Below, in pieces: positions 8,358 to 19,700 of a stretch of 64,000 nucleotides of DNA (the stretch's first letter is position 1; each line of letters starts with the position of its first letter). The notes below the pieces were generated by a model, which was not told the DNA's origin, ran no database searches, and was given only the letters and a program-made list of their open reading frames with translations. The DNA comes from a virus: IMG/VR virus record IMGVR_UViG_3300027733_000001, one strand, 5' to 3'. A program made the translations under genes and the position numbers.

Positions 8358-8829
8358 TGGTGGAGGTGAGGGGAGTTGAACCCCTGTCCTTAATACTTCA
8401 ATATATGAACTTTCTACAGCTTGTTCTGATTATTTTCTATAAGTGCCCCGGAAGTCAACCAGAAAAACCGATTGTTTTTGCTAATGCTCAACAATCTTCT
8501 CCCCTGCAGGCATATTATCAGACTTTTAACGAGGTCTGACCATATAATTACTCGATCTAACGTTAAGGATTTTGTGGTGTTTCTCAACCACTAGGTAACC
8601 CCTATCCTAGGTCCTGACCTGCGAGCAAGCTCGCTGCGATTAAGCAGCAAGCAAAACTTCAGCGTCCTGGTACCCGAAGGAGGCCAGGATTGCATCAGCT
8701 TCTGCCACGCTAGGCGCGAATTCGTTGGAATTGGCGTTTAGTTTTTGCCCAGAGATTTTAACGAGGCCCACCAGGCTTCCTCGGCTGAGTTCATATACTA
8801 ACTTACTAAGTCGAAACCAGATCACCCCC
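8358..8829 (-). ncRNA. ssrA: tmRNA (472 nt)
   Basis: 5' GGGGGTGATCTGGTTTCGAC and 3' GACAGGGGTTCAACTCCCCTCACCTCCACCA, G3:U70 Ala identity pair, helix 2 (TATATGAACT/AGTTCATATA), pseudoknot-like elements, and an internal tag ORF ending LAA-stop. Confidence 0.97.
8640..8735 (-). other. tmRNA tag reading frame ANSNEFAPSVAEADAILASFGYQDAEVLLAA
   Basis: Resume codon GCC after AAAACTAAAC; TAA at 8640-8642; 31 codons. Confidence 0.88.
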
Positions 8830-8858
8830 AAAAGGCTAATAGATTTCTACTGCAACAT

Positions 8859-8888
8859 ATTATACCAGTGTTTTGATAAAAAGTACAA
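8859..8888 (-). promoter_or_regulatory. sigma70-like promoter of the tmRNA/tRNA cluster
   Basis: TTGTAC-N18-TATAAT with an extended -10 (TGG), about 23 nt of leader before the tmRNA 5' end. Confidence 0.7.
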
Positions 8889-8937
8889 GAAGTATGTGGG
8901 CCAGGGAATTTACCCTGACCCACGTCTCGTTCGCAAA

Positions 8938-9492
8938 CTAGGAAGGAAGCAGCATGAGCGGCGTAGTCGCATTGACCACCTCTAAATAAGAGTCAATCAA
9001 CGCAGGAAGCGTTTTAGCTCTCATCAGTAGCTTGTCGCGCAGCACAGGGTCATAGTATCTGCGCACCTGAACAGTTTCAGTGCCTCCGGCGCTTGTACGC
9101 ACCTCTTTGTCCTTAAGAGACCTGTCGCCGATCGAAGAAAACAAGAGTTGCTTGATTGGGGATATTTCCCTGCGCAAAAGAATCCACTCCTCAAGAGAAA
9201 GAGTTAGATTGAACGAGTCATCCATAGGAATTGTGACGGGTGTCATCAAATTAGTGTATTTGACTCGCAAGGACAGCCGTGTATAGGCCTGCAGCTTGTC
9301 TTCAACGCTTTGCATCCATGCACTGATTTGTTGTTTTTGTTTTTCCACAGTCTCATACACCGGAGACTCATTAGAGTAATCTGCACAATGCGCCGAGATA
9401 AGCTGGCGTGTGGCTTCGACTTCTTCTTTCAGGCTCTTCATTTTTTTGAGTGCCTGCACAATCATGTAGCTTGACTGAATTGAATTATCCAT
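8938..9492 (-). CDS. coiled-coil protein, DIP1984-like
   Basis: ALKKMKSL...E.PVYE...LSLRVKYTNLMTPV...LSLEEWILLRR pattern. Extended -10 TGGTATAAT at 9543-9551 upstream. Confidence 0.6.
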   Translation of the reverse strand: MDNSIQSSYMIVQALKKMKSLKEEVEATRQLISAHCADYSNESPVYETVEKQKQQISAWMQSVEDKLQAYTRLSLRVKYTNLMTPVTIPMDDSFNLTLSLEEWILLRREISPIKQLLFSSIGDRSLKDKEVRTSAGGTETVQVRRYYDPVLRDKLLMRAKTLPALIDSYLEVVNATTPLMLLPS

Positions 9493-9573
9493 AATACTTG
9501 ATGTTTTGGTTTACTGATGGGTAACAATTTCCCATGCAAAGTATTATACCAAAAAAATACAGCAAATATTAGG

Positions 9574-10245
9574 TTACTCTGTCGTGAAGAATGAAGTGTC
9601 TGTTTTGAAGTTGGGTCTACCTATAGTGTTAGGTGAGTTAGGCCAAACAGATTCGAGAGATGTGCGCAACCCTTGGTTATTGCGCGACTCAGAGTTAGTT
9701 GAAAAATTGCTATAGTCTATGTTGAAGTATGTGGTCAGCAATACAAACTTACGAGGGAAACGTCCCGCTCCAGTTTTTTCTACAACCTGTATCTGCAAAT
9801 AGTAAGTGCCTGCAATGAATTGTTCGGTAGCTACCGAAGGTATCCATAATTCAAAAAAGCCGGGTTGATCCGGTACATCGTAAACACCATCGTCCTGTGT
9901 TCCTTGCCATGTGATTGTCTGCGCCCTGGGACTAGATTTAACCACGGCCGAAATATCATAGACGCTTGAAGACACCGGAGTTCCGTCGTGAACCAGATAC
10001 ATATCGTAAACTACATCTTCTCCTTGATAGAAAACGTCGGGATTAGGTGCACTTCTCTCAAAAGGTATACCAGGGATTCCGTCCAGCATCAATGTGTTTA
10101 CTGGAGACACATTGAACTGCCTATTCCTGGCCTTTATCTCTGAAGATTGCAGAGATTCTAGGTTGTTGATTACATCCTTGTATACAGTTGCACTGTCGCC
10201 TGTGGCTGTGGGTGTAAAATACTGCGGTGTTGTTTCGTCAATCAT
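9574..10245 (-). CDS. putative virion protein (beta-sandwich, BppU-like)
   Basis: Last gene of the tail/fibre operon; beta-rich FYQGEDVVYDMYLVHDGTPV...GTYYLQIQVVE. Confidence 0.5.
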   Translation of the reverse strand: MIDETTPQYFTPTATGDSATVYKDVINNLESLQSSEIKARNRQFNVSPVNTLMLDGIPGIPFERSAPNPDVFYQGEDVVYDMYLVHDGTPVSSSVYDISAVVKSSPRAQTITWQGTQDDGVYDVPDQPGFFELWIPSVATEQFIAGTYYLQIQVVEKTGAGRFPRKFVLLTTYFNIDYSNFSTNSESRNNQGLRTSLESVWPNSPNTIGRPNFKTDTSFFTTE

Positions 10246-10247
10246 AG

Positions 10248-10637
10248 TTAGACGCAGGTCAATTCCAGCTTATTCTGAGTTGTGTCCCTACTATAATAAC
10301 ACAACTCATCTAGCTCTAAAATACTTTTCATCTGCATAAAATCTTCCCTCGTGAGTGAAGATAGCAGGTTTTCAGTCATTTGCTTATTTACGTCCGGCGT
10401 AGTAATGTTTTGCTTTCCTCCGCAGTTACATGATTTTTTAGGTGCAGTACTCAGCGGAGTGTCAATTAGCTTGGCGAATCTAGGCATTTTTTCTGCAAGT
10501 ATGGGATGGCGATTAACCAAAACCAGTACTTGATTGACGCTGGTCAAAACCATCCGTCTTACCATCGGTATAGATTGAGCGCTTGGTTCGTTCATATGTG
10601 ATATTAAATTGCAGGGGTTACAGGTATAGGAGCGCAA
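10248..10637 (-). CDS. small Cys-containing hypothetical protein
   Basis: CNPC and SCNCGG motifs; tiles with its neighbours. Confidence 0.65.
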   Translation of the reverse strand: MRSYTCNPCNLISHMNEPSAQSIPMVRRMVLTSVNQVLVLVNRHPILAEKMPRFAKLIDTPLSTAPKKSCNCGGKQNITTPDVNKQMTENLLSSLTREDFMQMKSILELDELCYYSRDTTQNKLELTCV

Positions 10638-11521
10638 AGATCAGTAGCCTGGAAAGTTAGACCTACAAATAAAGAGTGCTCATTAGCTTGCTCTGCTAGT
10701 TGATCATTAATTGGGGACGGTATGCTTGTTCCTGGAGTAATTAATACGTTGCTTCCTGAGAGCAGTCTAAAATTGCCTGAGGCGTCTGGAGGAATACCAT
10801 TAATGTACGAAACTAATTTATCACAATCAAGACATTCTATAGGTAAAAATGATGTACTACAGTCCATAGTTAGCCCAAAGCTTGCACCCACCTCCAAGTC
10901 TATTAACTCGTTATTGATATTTATGCGAAAGTTGTAACCTTCTAGAAACTGGATGTCTCCGGTCATATAGGTTGTACTAATGGAGTCAGTTAGTGGTAAT
11001 TTCGGGTGATAACGATTTGCAGTATTGCTGTTCTCCACGTCACCTATCTTTTCTGGCTTTGTAGCAATTGATGATACACCTAGCCAAGCGTTATTAAATT
11101 GTACACATAACGCCGGCTCAATAGGAATACTTAACGGAATATTTGTGGCGTTGTTAGCTGCTGCATATAATGCTGCAGCCCCAGCACCAAAGACCGCCAG
11201 GCAGCCATTAGAATTTCTTACGTAGTAAGGATACGAGGGAATAGCTAGCGCTCCTACTGAGGCAGGTAAAACAAATGTAGCTATCGTGGCTGCAGGGGAC
11301 AACGTACCGAATGAAACAAGTAGGGATGTGGATGTCCTGGTGATGTTAGTCAATGCAACTATACTGGTTCCTAGCTCTGTATATGCCACCAGTTGTAGGT
11401 CTAGTAAAAAGTCGTCCGGTATTTTTGTCAGCGTACCTACACTGATAGCTTTGCTGGCATAAGTCATCAGTGGGTATGCCCTCAACTCATTTTCATTCAA
11501 CCAATCAATGACTTGTTCCAT
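10604..11521 (-). CDS. tail/fibre paralogue 5
   Basis: Likely start ATG 11521 (MEQVIDWLNENELRAYPL); C-terminal SYINGIPPDASGNFRL motif shared with its neighbours. Confidence 0.75.
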   Translation of the reverse strand: MEQVIDWLNENELRAYPLMTYASKAISVGTLTKIPDDFLLDLQLVAYTELGTSIVALTNITRTSTSLLVSFGTLSPAATIATFVLPASVGALAIPSYPYYVRNSNGCLAVFGAGAAALYAAANNATNIPLSIPIEPALCVQFNNAWLGVSSIATKPEKIGDVENSNTANRYHPKLPLTDSISTTYMTGDIQFLEGYNFRININNELIDLEVGASFGLTMDCSTSFLPIECLDCDKLVSYINGIPPDASGNFRLLSGSNVLITPGTSIPSPINDQLAEQANEHSLFVGLTFQATDLCAPIPVTPAI

Positions 11522-11525
11522 AATT

Positions 11526-12248
11526 CTATGCTGTGAGGGAAGGTATTGTGAATGCTGTGGTAGGTGTTCCGGCAGCAAGTCCTATAGACAGTGATGTAGC
11601 ACTTGTAGGAGTAATTTTAATTACATCATTAGATACAAGATTGATGTTATTGGCTACAGGACCGACAAGGTTTATTTTACGAAGACCTTTAGCGGTGCGA
11701 CCGCTTATAGAGCCGCCTCCTACAGCGTTAAAAGTAATTGCATTTAAACCAGCTATTCTGGCTGTATTATAAAACATAGAGGTGTCTTCGTCGGTGCGGC
11801 CTAGCAACACATCACCATAGCTGCCGTCAAAAGTATACACAGCGTCTTTTTTAGGTATACTTCTTACAGTCTCCGTAGCAAAGGGTAAGTTAAAAGTTAC
11901 AGATCTACCTACAGCGGTACTCCAAAGATCTCCAGGGCCTGTTCCGAATGTGAGTGTACCTAGATATCGATTGGTGTCCGGTTGATATATTCTTAAATTT
12001 TGGTAAGCTTCACCCTTGATGTAGTCTGATTTAAGTAAATTTACAGCGCTGTGTGTTCCGTAGTCAAACACTATGGTTAACGTTAATCTATCAGAGTACA
12101 CAAACAAAGAGTTCAGTGTGGGTACAAAATTATCAAACTGTATAAACTTCGCATCCACCAACAGCGATAGGTAATCTGTTTCCTGACTTAGAGGATACCC
12201 AGACAATTCGTTTTCATTCTGCCACTCAAGAGGGTTATATGCTGACAT
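11526..12248 (-). CDS. tail/fibre paralogue 4
   Basis: EWQNENELSGYPL at the N-terminus; KINLVGPVANNINL at the C-terminus. Confidence 0.75.
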   Translation of the reverse strand: MSAYNPLEWQNENELSGYPLSQETDYLSLLVDAKFIQFDNFVPTLNSLFVYSDRLTLTIVFDYGTHSAVNLLKSDYIKGEAYQNLRIYQPDTNRYLGTLTFGTGPGDLWSTAVGRSVTFNLPFATETVRSIPKKDAVYTFDGSYGDVLLGRTDEDTSMFYNTARIAGLNAITFNAVGGGSISGRTAKGLRKINLVGPVANNINLVSNDVIKITPTSATSLSIGLAAGTPTTAFTIPSLTA

Positions 12249-12251
12249 AGA

Positions 12252-13700
12252 TTAGTTGAGAGTATTCCAGTATGTTGTGTAGTATTCTGGTTTTACAAAC
12301 TGAGGCCAAAAGTAATACTCAGGACGCGTGGTGCTATAGTAGCTTCCGTCGGGCCTGGCTGGACGACCTGAGCATGCATCAGATCCTGTGGCGCCTAAGG
12401 CAGGCTTACTATAGTAGGTGTCTGGTGCCGCTGTATCTGTGAATCCGCAAATATCTGTAGGAGGTAATAGTTTATGTTTTTGAGTACACAAACTATCCAA
12501 AGATACTCCTGGTGTCTGTACATTAAGTGCTCCTGGTACGCCTGCAGGTTTTGAGGTACCTGGCGTAGTAGATATAATGTTTAGTGAAGTAGTTCCTTCT
12601 ACAGTGGATACTGTGCCTGACCATGTGGGTTCGTAGCCTAATACATCTAGCGGGTAATCACTAGAACCTATGCCTTGTGCTGGTGTTATAGTGTATGTGG
12701 AAGTATCTGTAACGTCTGTGATGTATGTATCTGCGGCTATACCTGGTCCAGTAATTAGATCGCCTGCAGCCAACGTACCTAACTCGGTTGAGTTGACGTA
12801 TAGGGTCTCTCCAGCCAGATAAGCTTTCCCCTGCCAAGCTAATCTAAACACCTTTGCAGGTATGTCTGTATTTGTGGTTTGAGCAATATTGACTTGCCAA
12901 AAATTTCCGTTACCTGACACTACAAACGTGTTTGGTTCTATACCTGCCCCCACAATCATGTATCCGGTTGTAATCGTTGCGGGAACACCATAAAAAACCA
13001 CAGGGCTCACCCCTACAATATAGATATTGCCGTCATTGCCTGGCAGGTTGTTTTCGCCACCTATAGGATATGGAGCTACTTCATTAATTGTTTTGATGAT
13101 TGGGTTTGGGCAGTTGTCTAAGTAGGTGGATTTGTCGGCAAGATTAAACACAGCTGCTGGATTGGATATTGTGAACTGTGTTGTTTTAGCGACAGTATTG
13201 CTTTTTTTGAGGTTAGTGAGTATTCCAAAGTTTACATCGCCTCGAAGTTCAGTATTTTTTTTATCTAAAATACTACTTACAGCTGGAGGGGTATAACAAA
13301 AAATAGTGCTTTCTTCTAATTCGGCAGAATCTTTCGTAAAGTGTAATGTATTGGTAATTGAAGCCAGTGCTACTGCGGATCCTACGGTTATACTCCCAGA
13401 TAAATTACGCACAAAAGGTATGAGCGGCAGTGTGGTAAAATCTGTAGTAACATCACCAAAAAACATACCAAGCACAGTGTCGTCAAATACTGAAGCTATT
13501 GTAATTCTAACAGCCCCGCCGTTATGATAGATTTGTCTGATGTATAGTCTATGTTTACCGTACAAGGTAGTAATTGTACAGTTTACTATCAGATCGTCGG
13601 GTACAACCGTGCTGTCGTCGGCCTGAAAAGGTAGCCCCTGCTTGACAGGATATTTCCTGAACTGGTTTTTATTCCTAAACTGTAGTGAAGTTATGGCCAT
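12252..13700 (-). CDS. tail/fibre paralogue 3
   Basis: QFRNKNQFRKYPV at the N-terminus; CPNPIIKTINEVAP...GNIYI; two beta-rich fibre-type inserts. Confidence 0.75.
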   Translation of the reverse strand: MAITSLQFRNKNQFRKYPVKQGLPFQADDSTVVPDDLIVNCTITTLYGKHRLYIRQIYHNGGAVRITIASVFDDTVLGMFFGDVTTDFTTLPLIPFVRNLSGSITVGSAVALASITNTLHFTKDSAELEESTIFCYTPPAVSSILDKKNTELRGDVNFGILTNLKKSNTVAKTTQFTISNPAAVFNLADKSTYLDNCPNPIIKTINEVAPYPIGGENNLPGNDGNIYIVGVSPVVFYGVPATITTGYMIVGAGIEPNTFVVSGNGNFWQVNIAQTTNTDIPAKVFRLAWQGKAYLAGETLYVNSTELGTLAAGDLITGPGIAADTYITDVTDTSTYTITPAQGIGSSDYPLDVLGYEPTWSGTVSTVEGTTSLNIISTTPGTSKPAGVPGALNVQTPGVSLDSLCTQKHKLLPPTDICGFTDTAAPDTYYSKPALGATGSDACSGRPARPDGSYYSTTRPEYYFWPQFVKPEYYTTYWNTLN

Positions 13701-13731
13701 AAGTAATTATTTTTGATGATGTCGTAATTCA

Positions 13732-16700
13732 TTACTTAGCTACTACAGTCATTGTGGATGACGTCGCACCTTTGGGTGCTGCGGAGAAGCCTGTCACCGC
13801 TCTTATCTTTACAGTATAGCTTGTGTTTGTGACCAAAGCTGCTCCAGCAGAAGTTTTATTTATTACTATAGGGCTGCTTGCATTAAGGACACCGACACCA
13901 AAATCACTTCTAGCCACCCATGCATCAGCCGCTGTAGATGGTGTGACTGCGCTGTACTCATAATTAACTACACTAAATCCTCCAGTGTATGTTGGAGGGG
14001 AAAAGGTTACGATTATACTTTTCGCTAATGTCGCCGTGATTGTGGTTGCGGCTACTGTCTTAGTCACAGACACTGTATATGTCCCGCGATTACCTGCCGC
14101 ATAACCTGCAGCTATACTTAGCTGGTTCACTATAGTAGTACCTGTGGCTACATTTGTACCTGTCAGTGCTTCACCTACAACAATTACACCACTAGTCACA
14201 TTTGTTACCGTCAATATATTGCCAGCGATAGCTCCGGTAAAAGTTGCTCCTGTGTAAGCTACGGGTGAAACTACTGCACCTGCTTGAGCTCCTGGAGCAA
14301 CACCTACCGATGTTTCGCCGGGGCCTGGGCCTGCGGTGTTAGTTCCTCTAAGACTTATGTCATAGCTTGTACCGTTGATAAAAGTTGCTGCTCCTGAAGT
14401 TTTGCCTGATACAGCATCATATAGATATGTTTGTGTGATTATATTATTAGCAGGCAAAATAGACCATATACCTGACGAGTCTACAGAGTATTGGTATTGC
14501 GTTACAGCAGGTGAGCCTGTAGTTTGTTTGATGTTTGAAAATGTGAACTGCGTATTTCCTGGCGTCAAAGTATAGCTAGGTAGCGTAGGTCTTGGTGCAG
14601 GAATGGCGCCGGCCGGAGCATCTGCCCATGCACCTATACCTATTGCATTCTGCGCAGCGATTCGGACGTAGTAAGTTGTCCCGTTAGTTAATCCTGTTAT
14701 GACTGAATTGTTCGGTAGCGTCACAACTCCAGCAAGAAAACTACCTGCCACGGTAGAGATCATGTAGAAATACGCACCTATAGGGTAACCTCCATTATTT
14801 GCAGGATCGGTATAAGATACGATTATACTCTTATCTGCAACAGCAAGACTTACATTTTGAGGAGCTGAAGGTACTGTACCAGGTATAGATCTGTAGCTAT
14901 TTGATGGTGCGCCAGGCCCCACAGCAGTCACTAAACGCACCCTCACAGAGTAAGATTTACCATTAACTAGGATAGGTCCGGTAGTACTGATTTTACGTAC
15001 AGTATTGTTCCATTTTTCTAAAACAAACAAATTATTTGCTAGTGTTCCTGAACCTAGAACCATGCTCGTAGGTCCGTTAAATAGTGCAGAGCTGCCCGAG
15101 CCATCATCCGACCCAGGGGCCCCAGCAACACCACAAAGTGTAGTTACTGTACCTACCAAAGTACCTGAGATGTATATTTTTCTAATTGTATTATTCCCAT
15201 AATCTGCAACATATATAGCTGACGCATCTCCAGCTACTGCCATAGGCTGATTAAACGTGGCTGTAAGCGGGTCAGGGGTGGTGGCCGGAAGGATCGGCGG
15301 CGATAATGTGGTGTCGGCAGATCCGGCTGCATTGGTTGGTGAGCCTGCATAGCCATTTGCATTAAAAGATCTACCTACAGTGTAGAGTAGTTTGCGTATC
15401 TTGTTATTACCTGTATCTGCGACATATAGAAATGGCGGGACCATATGTACGCCTCTGGGAGAAGAAAATGATACGTCTGTATTTACGGTAGTGCTTTCTG
15501 CGCTTCCTGCTGCCCCTGTACTACTCCCTGAAAGGAGCGCAGCGAATCCAGTAGTACCTACTTTACGTATTTGATTGTTGCCTGTATCTGCTAGGTATAT
15601 TATGCCACCATAATAGTGCATGCCTGTGGGGCTATTATATAGCGCAACTGTATTTGCTCCATTGGTCATGCCTGCTACACCGGCCTTGCCGGATAACGTC
15701 ACAACTGTACCAGCCAACGTACCTGACAAAGTTATTCTCCTGATTGTATGGTTGCCTGTATCTGCCACGAACAACATAGTTACTCCGTCTGTACATATCC
15801 CTTGCGGAGAATTAAACCTGGCTGCGGCGCCTACACCGTCAGTTGTGCCGGACACACCCACAGTTCCTGCAAACGTAGTTACAACACCTGTAGATGATAT
15901 TTTTCTAATGACATGATTGGCTGTATCTGCAATATAAAAATTGTTTGTATTGTCTTTGGTTATAGCTGTAGGGAGATTGTATGTAGCTAGCGTGGTACCA
16001 TTGATGCTGCCTGTCACCGTGGGACGCCCAGAATATAGCAATGTTTGTCCTCCATACGTCTCATTGAATATTATTTTTGCCCAGTTTGTGTCGACCGCTC
16101 CGGGACCTAGTAGTACTGCTGACCATTGTTCATGATTATCAACATCATATTCATATCTATTAACTGCAGATGCGAGTGTGCCTGTAGGTAGTGTTATGTT
16201 GGTTAGTCCCAACTGCGCACTAGCTGGAGTGATTGTGACTATGGTGGGAGCAGCTGCAGGTTTTTGGGGCGTGGCAGAAACACCTCCGCTGGCGGTTCCC
16301 GCTAGTTGCGTACCTCCACTTAACGTAACTGCACGCACATATACTGTGTAGGTTGTACCATTAGCTAATTGAGGGTTACCTGCAGATGTCTGCGATGATA
16401 TGCTGTAGCTAGGGGCAGGTACAGGCAACCAGTTAACTTTATTATCTGTACTATAATCGTATCTTAAAAACGATCCCCCACCTAACGATACACCTGTGAT
16501 ACTTAAATTAAGACTGGCATCACTTGGACGCACAGCTAATACCGGTGCGGAAGCGATGGATATTGGTATGCCTGCCGTTGAGGTTACGGCCCCTGAGGCA
16601 TTAGCGGTACTTACTGCCCGCACAGACACATTGTAAAATGTTCCGTTTGTTAATCCTGTAATAGTATAGCTGTATGGTGTATACTGACCTACAGGTGTAC

Positions 16701-19700
16701 CTGCTGTAGGTGTGAAAGCGACCCAGCCATTATTGTTATAGTTGTATTCAAATTTGCTTATGTATGGGATATTTGAAGTTAATACATTAAAAGACAATTT
16801 AAGTGTTGTATTGCCTGTGGTGAGTGCTAGGTTTGAAACAGCTGGCAATAGTCCTACATACGTGGCTGTAAAATCTGCAGTGGTGTTTAATGAGGAGCCG
16901 GCAAGCAGTTTGTAGCTCGGAGAGAATACATACGTAGTAGATAGCGGGGTTATAGTAGTTGCTGCGGAAGAAATTGTAAGTGAGTAATTACCTGAGCCGT
17001 CTGTGTTAGCTGTACTTATTCCGTCGGTGACCGAAATGTTAGGTACCGCTGCAGGAGCTGCAGTAGTTATGCGTCCTGTGACTTGCCTAAACCCTGTAGT
17101 GCCGGTGAAATCAACTACAACATCCGCTACAGATACACTGAAGGTTTTTGGAGAGCCTGCAAAAAAGTATCCTGTCTTAGCTGCAGATATTTTATAGGCT
17201 GTACCGGTTATAAGTCCTGTAATCGTATATTTGCCAGCGATGTCTGTGTTCACAGATTTGTTATCTAAACTTACTGTTACACCGGCTATAGCTGCGGACG
17301 TACCGCTATCTTTAATAGTGCCGCTCACTGAGTAGGTTTTAGTTACTACGTTGAGTATTATATAGCGCGTTGTGGTTCCTTTTGAGGCTGACGTAGAAGT
17401 CAATAAACAGGTAGTTGAACCTATGACTGATGGGGTGCCTGTAATTGTTTGGGTCAACCCTGTCCCCACTGCTGAGGAAGCAGTTGCATTATTTAACGTT
17501 AAACCTATAGGTAAGGCTGAGGCTGTAATTGAATTAACTGGGCGTATCTCACCTATAACGCCGCAAACACCAACAGCTATAGGGGAAATTGGGGTATTGA
17601 CCGTCAGCGAATACACTGATGAATTGGCTGGCTTGGTAAACGTATACAATACTTCAAAAACGCAAGTAGCGGGAGGCCCAGCTCCAGGTGACCCATATGT
17701 GGTCGTGGGCCTATAGTTATAGCCTGTTATTGTGGTAGTGTAATCTCCAGCTACTGCAGTTGAGCTGAGCACTGTCCCAATTATACTTCCAGAGGTTGTT
17801 ATGGTCAGCCCTGGAGGTAGTGTGTGAGTAGGTAAGCCTGACGCAGTATCCAAGAAAAAAATTGGACCGTTTGTGGCTGTTAACTTATATAACGGATTAA
17901 CCGTATCATATACTCTGTCCTTTATGACCGTTAATTTTGAAGGTAAATTAGTTATTATCGGAGTGTCTATGGTACTAAACGTAACCAATACATCTATTAC
18001 AGCGTACCCTATTGTGTTACTGACGGATAACTGTATCGTATACTTTACAACGGAAGCTACTGAATTGTAGTTTGCAGGATAAGCCGAAGAAAGCAGTTTG
18101 CCGTAGAATTTTCCGGAAGCTGTATCTAATGTAAATCCTGGAGGCAAAACTGAGGAACTGTAAGTTAATGTGCCTCCTCCTGTAGCCGTGGCTGTAAATA
18201 ATGGAGACGCCTCTGGGTAATCTGAATAGATGCTGGCTGTAAATTGTGCAGGAGCTACTGGAGTTATAAATGTGGGTGGCGTAAGTATCGTGGGATAACT
18301 GATCGTGAAAGTTACCGAATTGGACGCACCATACCCGTTAGCTGCAATCACCGAGATAGTTTTTTCTCCAGCCTGCTGCTCAGTTAATTTACCTGATATT
18401 GCGCCTGTAGCTTCATTGAATCTGAGGCCTGTAGGTAATACACCTTCAATCAGTGTGTATTTAAATATCGGCGGGTTTGTAGCTACAAGCGGAACTATGT
18501 TTGCGTATATCGTAGCATTATCTATTTCGTATGTAGTTTGCTCAGGATTAGCTAGAGCTAGCTCTGGAGCAATATCGGACACAATATGTAAAAATACCGT
18601 AGCTACATCTGTACCTGCAGGGTTCGTAGCAAAAATATTGAGTTGGTATGTGCTACCTTTGGGTAGTGTTGGATTTAACGTGCCGTATACTTTACCGTTA
18701 GTTGTATCTACATTGAGGCCTAGTGCTTCATACAATGGGACTGGGGAAGTATCCCCAACTGTCACATTGTAGGTGTAATCCGTTTGCTTAGTTAGACTAG
18801 ACAGAGCCACCATGTTATTTGCGGCAATGGTGAACAATGAGGCGGTAGAAGTGTATATGTCGGTCAGTTTTATAGATAAAGGTGTATTTGCTGTATATAC
18901 TGATGGTGCAGCTATTACAGGCTTAGCCACAAAGTCTATAAAAATCTGATAGTATACATAGGCCCCTAAAGAATCAGTCACTTTATAGCTCAACGTATAC
19001 AGAGCACTATTGATTGCTGCAGCTAAAGGTACTGCACTTGTCGTGAGACGTACCGCTTTTCTATCTGGAGGGTCCACGACGACGTAGTTATTGTTATACA
19101 GCAACCAGTCAGGAGCATTGCCTACCAACGAGGGACCTGCAGTATTTTCAATAGGTAGCAACTCTACACCTTCAAACAAGCTGCCGTATTCGTCAGTAGT
19201 TTGCTTTATCAGGTATGTGTGAAGCACATCCGGTGTAGCCGGTGTACACTCTGCCCCTGTAATGTTAAATATATTGTAAGGACCGCCAAGCAAAACGGGC
19301 GAGGCGGCATCTGTTATGTCAGAGACCGCTATGCTCAGTGTGCCTCCTGTTACACCGCAACCTATAGAATATATGGCTTCGACATAGGCATGACCATGGC
19401 AGGCTAGTTTTGTTTCTATATAAGCGGGGGCAACCAGACTTGTAGTTATCCCACCATTACGTACTTTAACGTAGCCCAGCAATGACAGCTTTGAGGAAGG
19501 TGTGAATACAACCTTTAGATTGGGCAATGTCGTGGATGGGTTGTATAGTATGACAGCTACAGCTAATAAAGACAATGGTACACCTGTAGCTGAATAGCTA
19601 TCACTCGTGGCGTATTTCACCTCAAAATATGGTTTTGTTCTGGCTACATAATTTGAGTTATACGACAGAGCTGCGCAATTTAAATTACTGATGACGCCAT

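Noticed and set aside
7920-8985. ORFs 7920-8336, 8113-8334, 8357-8539, 8640-8831 (full length) and 8725-8985
   Set aside because: They overlap or are antisense to the tRNAs and tmRNA; only the last 31 codons of 8640-8831 are meaningful. 8113-8334 lies in a spacer and has no supporting motif or RBS.
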